Assembly (NCBI GenBank): GCA_038247415.1
Contig: JBBRUX010000011.1
Coordinates: 28,199 to 92,198, forward strand
Length of the DNA: 64,000 bases
Reading direction: 5' to 3'
Source: Chitinivibrionales bacterium
Lineage (GTDB): Bacteria; Fibrobacterota; Chitinivibrionia; Chitinivibrionales; WJKA01
Part shown: positions 57,463 through 64,000 of the stretch, in pieces
How positions within the stretch are numbered: the first letter of the stretch is position 1
Layout of the letters: the number at the start of each line of letters is the position of its first letter
Program-made: the position numbers and the translations under genes
The notes under the pieces: generated by a model
Told to the model about the DNA's origin: nothing
Seen by the model: the letters and a program-made list of their open reading frames with translations, nothing else
The model's database searches: none

Positions 57463-59109
57463 ATGTCAGCAAAACTAAAAAGTTCTCACCATTGTATTCT
57501 AGCAATAATAATGCTCTGGTTATCATCGTTTGCTGCAGAGGGGCAACGTGTAACAGTTCTCCCCTTCTCTCCCAAAGGATCTGATCATGCATGGAATGGC
57601 ATAGGATCCGGCATTTCGGAGCTTATCTCTGCCGCGTTAACAGGATGTGCCATCCCCCTTTTGCGCCGTGAGAAAATCGGTGAGTTCATATCCCAGAGCA
57701 CCGGGGACACCTCACTTCTCTTCGATAAAGAAAAAGTCTTTTCGGCAGGGCTTTCCTTTGATGTTGCTACCATAATCAAAGGGGAGTATACCCTTAATCG
57801 TCAATCTTGTACTATTACTGCCAAAATAATTGACACGCGCAATGGTCTCATTGTGCAAACGATATCGCGAGAAATCAATGTCTCAGGGGATGCTATAGGG
57901 GCTCAGGCAGATACTATTGCACGAGCGTATTGTGCGTACGCAAGTATTTCCTGCAAAGGAAACCCCACACCTCAAAAACAGGGTACCTCAACAATAAGTG
58001 CCTTGCAGGAATTTGGCATGGGGCTAGATTTTCACATGGGGTATTATGGAACACTCGATCAAAAAAAGGCTGCCTTTCATTACTCACGATCGCTGCTTAT
58101 CGATTCATCATTTAGTTTGCCACGATACTATCAATCTCTTCTAGAGCCCGGAATAATCCAATCAAATCGGGAATATGTCCAGAGCCAGCAAAAAAGCACA
58201 CTGCCCCCCAAGGACTCGATCCAACACAATGCAATACCTTCATCCCCAGAACCTCTCGCAGAAAAACTATCCACTACCCCAGCACAAACCCGCGACTCGA
58301 CAGCCTTTGGAAAGCCAAAAGCACCCTTTGCAAACCTTGATTTTTCTGCTACCTATACCCTGATTGAAAATATTGCCGGCTACGAAGTTCACAAAGGGTA
58401 TTATGATAATGGTGCGATACGACAGATTTGCTTGTATAAAAATGGCATGCTCAATAACATGTCTAAACTCTATTATCCGCATGGCAAAGTTCTTGCCGAA
58501 ATAAAATATGTAAACAATGTCCCCAGTGGAACATGTCGCAAATTTTTTGAATCGGGCACGCCTCAAGAAAACGTTACTATGTTTGACGGACAGAGAGAAG
58601 GGACCACCACCACGTTTTACCCAAACGGCAACCCCAAGGAGACTGTTGAATACACTAAGGGCATTCAGCAAGGAAGCTGTAAACGATATTACGAAAAAGG
58701 TCCTTTGGCTGCAAATTTTAAGTATAAAAATGATATGGTAGATGGCGACTATCGGGAATTTTATGAGAATGGCACATTTAAGCGATGGGTTCACTATGTA
58801 AACGGGATTCCGCGCGGCAAAGAACTTATGTATCATCCAAATGGCAAAATATCACAAGAAATTCGCCACGCTCGCTTTTTTAACACTGCCCAAATCAAAG
58901 GATATTATCCTACAGCAGAGGTAAGCTTTACTGGTAAGCAAGCAAACGGACGAAACAACGGACTCTTTCGCTATTATGGACAAGATCATACGCTGCAGCG
59001 CACCGAGATGTTTACTGACGGTATGTCTAAAAGCGATTCAGATCAATCGAAACAAGCAAAAACCAAAGGCTCAGAAGCAGCACTACCCGATTCATCTTCA
59101 CAAAAATAG
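57463..59109 (+). CDS. Exported TolB-N/CsgG-like + TPR + MORN-variant (YwqK-like) repeat protein
   Basis: Hydrophobic leader, VTVLPF...GISELISAAL, and repeated (Y/F)(Y)xNG.....Y.NG...G units. Start codon uncertain. Confidence 0.75.
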   Translation: MSAKLKSSHHCILAIIMLWLSSFAAEGQRVTVLPFSPKGSDHAWNGIGSGISELISAALTGCAIPLLRREKIGEFISQSTGDTSLLFDKEKVFSAGLSFDVATIIKGEYTLNRQSCTITAKIIDTRNGLIVQTISREINVSGDAIGAQADTIARAYCAYASISCKGNPTPQKQGTSTISALQEFGMGLDFHMGYYGTLDQKKAAFHYSRSLLIDSSFSLPRYYQSLLEPGIIQSNREYVQSQQKSTLPPKDSIQHNAIPSSPEPLAEKLSTTPAQTRDSTAFGKPKAPFANLDFSATYTLIENIAGYEVHKGYYDNGAIRQICLYKNGMLNNMSKLYYPHGKVLAEIKYVNNVPSGTCRKFFESGTPQENVTMFDGQREGTTTTFYPNGNPKETVEYTKGIQQGSCKRYYEKGPLAANFKYKNDMVDGDYREFYENGTFKRWVHYVNGIPRGKELMYHPNGKISQEIRHARFFNTAQIKGYYPTAEVSFTGKQANGRNNGLFRYYGQDHTLQRTEMFTDGMSKSDSDQSKQAKTKGSEAALPDSSSQK

Positions 59110-59339
59110 TCTCATTCCATCCTTTCCTCAATCGTCTGTGTATTCATGGTAAGACTTTACAGCTTCAAGCCGTTTTGCGTATGCCCTTGGCGGGGGAATT
59201 AAAATCAAAGATATTACCATCGATGTAATTGTCAACAAGGCTGATGACAATAAAGCCGATTATACTTCTCTTGCATGATCGTCAAAGGATACTTTGACAA
59301 AACTTATGCAAGGAACAAAGAAATTTCCGCTTTCAAGCA

Positions 59340-59482
59340 TTATCTGTTCGATTGGGCATGAGTTTTGATGTACAGGTCTCCACCCGTTTTTGAATTCAAA
59401 AATGAAACTACTGTTTTTTCAAGCTTATCCTTGAGCTCCGCTTTTAGCTCTGTTGTGTTGCTTCAAACATCTTTTCACTCAT
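59340..59482 (-). pseudogene. Frameshifted, truncated AlbA_2/Schlafen-like domain fragment
   Basis: GGGGAG RBS, then MSEKMFE, a frameshift, and (S)NTTELKAELKDKLEKTVVSFLNSKTGGDLYI, which matches the E...E.K.......K.V.AF.N..GG..YIG pattern, then a stop. Confidence 0.6.
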
Positions 59483-59654
59483 TTATCTCCCCCACTACGC
59501 GCTTCACCTTTACACAGTCAAGGCTTGTCGTCCGATAAATGCAAACCCTTTACCAAGTTCCAGAAGGAACGATGACTTTTTTGCTTTTCGTTCGTGTTCC
59601 CTGCAAAATAATTCTTGACCTCATTATCCCAAGCTCTCGCTACCGCAACGCCAC

Positions 59655-61613
59655 CTATCCAAACGAAGGTAACTCAACCGCAAGTTCTGCCTGGGCATCA
59701 ACGACATCTCGGTTAATTTTGAGCATTGCATTATGCATGAGATCAGCAATAAATGGATCTGGCACTTTTTCCCGCAACGTACGCAGTAATTGAACAACCA
59801 TGCGCATAGAACGGATGAGATCCCCTTCTGGCACGCCAAAGCGTTCGAGCTCCCGCAATGAACAGCCATTTACCCATGCAAATACCGGTGCGGCAAGAGA
59901 AAGGTTCATTTCGGAAATAGGCGATGCAATCCCAAATTTTGTTTCCAGTTTAGCAAGCCGCGTAATTATTTTTTCTGCGGCAAAGCGCAATCGGACAGAA
60001 CCTTCATCTTGATCTTTTGCTTTTCGTCGGCTATCGTTTGTTATAAGCCCAACCAAAATTACCGGGATTTGTTCCATGGTGCATTCCTCAAACGACCGCG
60101 AATAATAAAGCTCTGCGCACTGGATTTCATACCCATTCACGGCAGCCGCAAGCGTACCTTTTTCTGTGAGAGCGGTTCCGTCTAAGAAGCCTGTTGACTG
60201 AAGAAATGCAATGCGTTTACGAATTTGTTCTTCTTCAAAGGCATACGATTTTGTATAGGTAAATTCTCCCTGCTTAAAGTTACGAAATGAACGTCTAAAA
60301 AGGGCGATGGAGTCTTCACCACATCGGCTATACAAATTAAGAATTGTGCTATACGAAGCAGAAAAGCGGCTTTGGATTTTTTCATTCTTCCCCGAAAGAA
60401 TCCGCTCTATTTCAGAAGGATCTGCTGCTTCGGGAACCACTTGAGCGTATACATACCCAACATCATCCATACCCCGTCGACCCGCTCGACCAGCCATTTG
60501 ATTATACTCACGAGTCATAAGAAAATTGAATTGGACGCCATCAAACTTTTCCAATTCATCAAAGACCACAGCCGATGCCGGCATGTTGACACCAAGCGCA
60601 AAAGTCTCGGTACAAAAAAGAACCTTAATAAGTCCCTCAGAAAAAAGCCGTTCTACAATTTCTTTAGCTGCAGGAAGTATCCCAGCATGGTGATATGCAC
60701 ATCCCGATTCCCAGAGCTGACGCATAAAGCCAAGCCGTTCGTAACCGGATAGCTTATAATGCACCACAAATTCATCAACCATCCGCTTAACTTTGCTATG
60801 TTCTGCATCCGTAAGAAAATCATCCTGCGCATGATTTTCGGCATTGCGTTCGCATGCCCGTCGATTAAAACAGAAATACAAAACGGGCATCTGATTATGC
60901 TTGCGAACATAGGAGATAATTTTATAGGATGATGGTTTACAGCGTAAAAACTTCTTTCGCTCGGATGGTTTTTTCCGATACATCGTTTTTATCTGCTTGA
61001 TAGTCATGAACCCAAATTTTGAACTAAAGAGATATTGCTCGAGTGGAATAGTCCGCTCGGTTTCTTCAATCACCGATATGGGCGCATTGCGAACCTTGCC
61101 CATCCACGAAGCAAGTTCCTTAATATTGGGGACGGTTGCGGATAAACACATAAAGCGGATGGCCGGGGGGGCAAGAATTATAGACTCTTCCCATACAGTT
61201 CCGCGTTCGGGATCGTCGAGGTAATGGATCTCATCAAAAACCACATAGTATACATTTTGTAAACGTGGAGATTCTTCGAGAATGAGATTCCGAAAAATCT
61301 CGGTCGTCATGATCAGAAGCCGTGCATCGGGATTGATAGTAACATCACCGGTATGGATTCCCACCATCTCCTCGCCAAATCGCCGTTTAAAATCGCGATA
61401 CTTCTGATTTGAGAGCGCTTTTATGGGGGCGGTGTAGATCACCCGCATATTTTTTGCAATGGATACATCCACAGCATACTCAGCAACGAGCGTTTTTCCG
61501 CAGCCGGTTGGAGCTGCTACAACCAAAGACTCCCCGCGATCAATTGCTTTAATAGCCTCGGCCTGAAATCGATCGAGTGTTAAACCCTGATATTCCATTA
61601 TGCGCATTGCCAA
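59655..61613 (-). CDS. Ski2-like DEAD/DEAH-box helicase (HelY-like)
   Basis: APTGCGKT, YTAPIKALSNQKY, DEIH, LSATVPN, TETFALGVNMPA, QMAGRAGRRG and a C-terminal DSHCT-like EGDLIR. Confidence 0.92.
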   Translation of the reverse strand: MAMRIMEYQGLTLDRFQAEAIKAIDRGESLVVAAPTGCGKTLVAEYAVDVSIAKNMRVIYTAPIKALSNQKYRDFKRRFGEEMVGIHTGDVTINPDARLLIMTTEIFRNLILEESPRLQNVYYVVFDEIHYLDDPERGTVWEESIILAPPAIRFMCLSATVPNIKELASWMGKVRNAPISVIEETERTIPLEQYLFSSKFGFMTIKQIKTMYRKKPSERKKFLRCKPSSYKIISYVRKHNQMPVLYFCFNRRACERNAENHAQDDFLTDAEHSKVKRMVDEFVVHYKLSGYERLGFMRQLWESGCAYHHAGILPAAKEIVERLFSEGLIKVLFCTETFALGVNMPASAVVFDELEKFDGVQFNFLMTREYNQMAGRAGRRGMDDVGYVYAQVVPEAADPSEIERILSGKNEKIQSRFSASYSTILNLYSRCGEDSIALFRRSFRNFKQGEFTYTKSYAFEEEQIRKRIAFLQSTGFLDGTALTEKGTLAAAVNGYEIQCAELYYSRSFEECTMEQIPVILVGLITNDSRRKAKDQDEGSVRLRFAAEKIITRLAKLETKFGIASPISEMNLSLAAPVFAWVNGCSLRELERFGVPEGDLIRSMRMVVQLLRTLREKVPDPFIADLMHNAMLKINRDVVDAQAELAVELPSFG

Positions 61614-61706
61614 TCTATGCAGTATTTTGTTACCATCAGAAAGAAGTCACGTTCGGCTTCTCTTTTTCATTATTACCTTATCCCAATACTTTGTAAAATA
61701 CTCTTT

Positions 61707-63536
61707 ATGCAACCACACAAAAATAAGTTTTCGCTCTTTGAGCTCCTCGACGGCTCTGTGTTTACTTGTGGGATCATTCTTGGTTTTCTGAGGCACTTTC
61801 CACCCTTTCTTTACCATATTCTGGGACAAAATCAGATTTTCCTTTTAGCCATTGCCTCGGGGTGCATAGGAGTGGTCTACATTCTGCTTCTGCTCTTAAA
61901 AAAAGAGAAGCTGAATCCGCTCATGCTTTTTTATCGCGCATGGCCTGTTTTCTTTGGCATGGTATGGCTCAAAGATCTCTTGGCACCATCGCTTTTTGGA
62001 TCTCTTATCTGGCTTTGTTTCACGATCACTGCATTTGCGCTTCATGCGGCGTCATTGTGTGCTTCGTCGGCATTACTGACATCCCTACGGCAAAAACGAG
62101 TGCTTGCCCCAAGAATCATTCTGCGCGCTCTTATTGGCATTGCAATAGCGTATGCCTTAATAATGGCACTACTTCCCTATTTTAAATATATGCGATTTTA
62201 TACTTACTGGATGGATTTTGGTTACATGATTCACCCAATTTACAATATCGCATGCGGACGGTTATTCGAATACACCCAACTTGACGGGATACGAGGAAAT
62301 AGCCTGGGGGATCATTTTTCCCTGATATTTTTATTCATTGCGCCCTTCTATAAACTACTCCCCTCAGCATACACGCTTTTTGCGCTCGAAGCACTCATGT
62401 GTTCTCTCGGAGGAGTTTTTATCTACCTCATTGCACGATCACAGGGGATGCGCCAGCTTGATTCAATTGCGCTTTTTTGCGCATTTCTTGCTTTTGCACC
62501 ACTTCAATATGGCATTTTGAGCGAATTTCATGCAGAGGTATTATCAGTTGCATTTATCGCAGGCATGCTCTGGGCACTAACGCGCAATAAATATCTGTGG
62601 CTCTGGATCTTTTTTATTCTCGCTATTCTTTGTAAAGAGCACATGGGCCTTGTGTGCGCTCCATTACTCATTGCCTTTGCATTTAAGCGAAAGAACTGGG
62701 CAGTAAGCTGCAGTGCGATGGCCCTTTTGGGCATCCTCTATACCGTTATTGTCCAAACGCGTAGTATCCCATATTTCAATCATGGCCAGGAAACTTTGGC
62801 TGTTGCACAATTGTATCCTGGTGGGGAAAACGGTATCGGCGGGGTTATTCATCATGCACTCGCGTATCCGCAAGAGTTTTTTAGTAGAATTATTTCTTCA
62901 CACAATGCAGAGCAACTGGTGTTTCTTTTTCTCCCACTATGTCTAATACCGCTAGCCACACCATTTGCGCTCTCGCTTGTCCTTATGCTTTTTAAGGAGC
63001 TCTACGGTTCTTTTGCAATTCATAACCACCATCAAGCTTATATGGCGCCTATCATTTTTTGGTGTGCGATTCTTGTATGGGGGAAAATGTCGGGGGAAGC
63101 TAAAAAAATTATTCCCCTTGCAATACTTATCGGATGTCTTCTTATGGGCGCCATCATGGGAGATTCGCCATTGTCAATAAGATTTTACATGTGGTGGCCT
63201 TTGCGTTATGCTCCAACAAAACATGCTGCAATCCTTAACAAGGCTGTTCATGCAATCCCCAAAAACGTTTCGGTATCCGCAGATTCCCACATTGCAGTTC
63301 ACCTCTGCGACCGACGCAACATTGCTATTTTCCCAACCCCATTGCCCAAAGACACAGCCGACTACATCGTGGTGGATGTGCACTATTATGAGCGAGGATT
63401 CGAAATTCAAAAAATCACGTGGAAGAATCAAACCAGGGATGATGTTCTTATTAAGTTTTTTGAGCTTCGGCAATCGGGAAGATTTGAGAAGTTTTTTGAG
63501 GAAGATGGGGTTTTTATACTTAAAAAGAAAAAATGA
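61707..63536 (+). CDS. Polytopic membrane protein, DUF2079-like (putative GT-C glycosyltransferase)
   Basis: Many TM helices; MDFGY, LGDHFSLI, EFHAE, LCKE and VSA......HL..R motifs. Confidence 0.7.
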   Translation: MQPHKNKFSLFELLDGSVFTCGIILGFLRHFPPFLYHILGQNQIFLLAIASGCIGVVYILLLLLKKEKLNPLMLFYRAWPVFFGMVWLKDLLAPSLFGSLIWLCFTITAFALHAASLCASSALLTSLRQKRVLAPRIILRALIGIAIAYALIMALLPYFKYMRFYTYWMDFGYMIHPIYNIACGRLFEYTQLDGIRGNSLGDHFSLIFLFIAPFYKLLPSAYTLFALEALMCSLGGVFIYLIARSQGMRQLDSIALFCAFLAFAPLQYGILSEFHAEVLSVAFIAGMLWALTRNKYLWLWIFFILAILCKEHMGLVCAPLLIAFAFKRKNWAVSCSAMALLGILYTVIVQTRSIPYFNHGQETLAVAQLYPGGENGIGGVIHHALAYPQEFFSRIISSHNAEQLVFLFLPLCLIPLATPFALSLVLMLFKELYGSFAIHNHHQAYMAPIIFWCAILVWGKMSGEAKKIIPLAILIGCLLMGAIMGDSPLSIRFYMWWPLRYAPTKHAAILNKAVHAIPKNVSVSADSHIAVHLCDRRNIAIFPTPLPKDTADYIVVDVHYYERGFEIQKITWKNQTRDDVLIKFFELRQSGRFEKFFEEDGVFILKKKK

Positions 63537-63665
63537 CGTACGTCATTGACAAAAGCATCGCCGCCACTGGATCAGGCTTCATATAAAACCTTCCCTTCAC
63601 GGAATGCCTCACCAACGTTGTATCTCAAGTCAAAAAGGCTTTCTCCCGCAATTTTTGACGCAAAC

Positions 63666-63700
63666 AAGCCAGAGCAGAAATGCTTCTGGCTTTTTTATTT
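63666..63700 (+). terminator. Intrinsic terminator
   Basis: AAGCCAGA-GCA-gaaa-TGC-T-TCTGGCTT followed by TTTTATTT. Confidence 0.65.
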
Positions 63701-63807
63701 GACTCAAATGTGATGCGCATCACAGACATTCTCTTTTACATAACATATTTTGATAGTTAAAATTTAGCTTGCATTTTTCTTTAATACTTGTATACCGGAG
63801 GCAGTCT

Positions 63808-64000
63808 ATGAATTTCTTTTCCCGCATCAAAATCCTTGATGTTCTGATGATGTCTGTTCTCGCGTTCATTATCACCTGCGCACCGACAGTGCTTCCGCCG
63901 TTAGATACTCCAATAGAAATTTTGGGACCAGCAAATTCCGATACAGCCAAATTCCACGTTGGTGACACAGTGCTCCTAACACTTACCCATCCCGCATCAA
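63808..64000 (+). CDS. Probable lipoprotein (3' truncated by window edge)
   Basis: GGAGG RBS; MNFFSRIKILDVLMMSVLAFIITC|APT lipobox-like leader; frame open to the end of the window. Confidence 0.55.
   Translation, partial: MNFFSRIKILDVLMMSVLAFIITCAPTVLPPLDTPIEILGPANSDTAKFHVGDTVLLTLTHPAS

Noticed and set aside
59655..61613. Defence helicase (e.g. Hachiman HamB)
   Set aside because: The architecture is that of a stand-alone Ski2/HelY-like helicase with DSHCT, and there is no intact partner gene.
1..64000. CRISPR arrays, rRNA, tRNA, IS transposases
   Set aside because: On reading I saw no regularly spaced direct repeats, RNA-gene consensus sequences or transposase motifs. A tRNAscan/Infernal run would be needed to exclude them fully.

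Overview
Gene-dense bacterial chromosomal window, mostly housekeeping and cell-envelope genes. I found no CRISPR array, rRNA, tRNA, intact transposase or prophage. The content (a secreted glycanase with a T9SS-like basic C-terminal domain, many TPR and CsgG/FlgO-like envelope proteins, type IV pilus genes) suggests a diderm FCB-group organism, possibly Fibrobacterota; that assignment is inference only. In order, the window holds: pcrA/uvrD (5' partial), uup, a GNAT, a methyltransferase, a Bro-N gene, ridA, nudC, tcdA plus a MoeB/ThiF-type gene, HU, glnS and gltX. A long envelope/export region follows (1601-aa TPR protein, tatA-tatC-tatB, mlaE, a GH55-like enzyme, barrel proteins, an Ig-repeat lipoprotein). 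After that come a PDZ/radical-SAM gene, a pseudouridine synthase, pilMNOPQ, rlmH, amt-PII-glnD with a sigma54-type promoter, a membrane Ser/Thr kinase, an RluA-family gene, vanZ-family, prs, a Ski2-like helicase and a DUF2079-like membrane protein. Most notable observations: (1) an in-frame fusion of TatB to 5-formyltetrahydrofolate cyclo-ligase; (2) a rearranged type IV pilus machine in which AMIN-like and SH3 domains sit on a large non-lipoprotein PilP while PilQ is short; (3) five different exported proteins sharing a CsgG/FlgO/TolB-N-like module; (4) a multi-hairpin element just upstream of the amt sigma54 promoter. All calls come from reading motifs by eye; no database searches were run.
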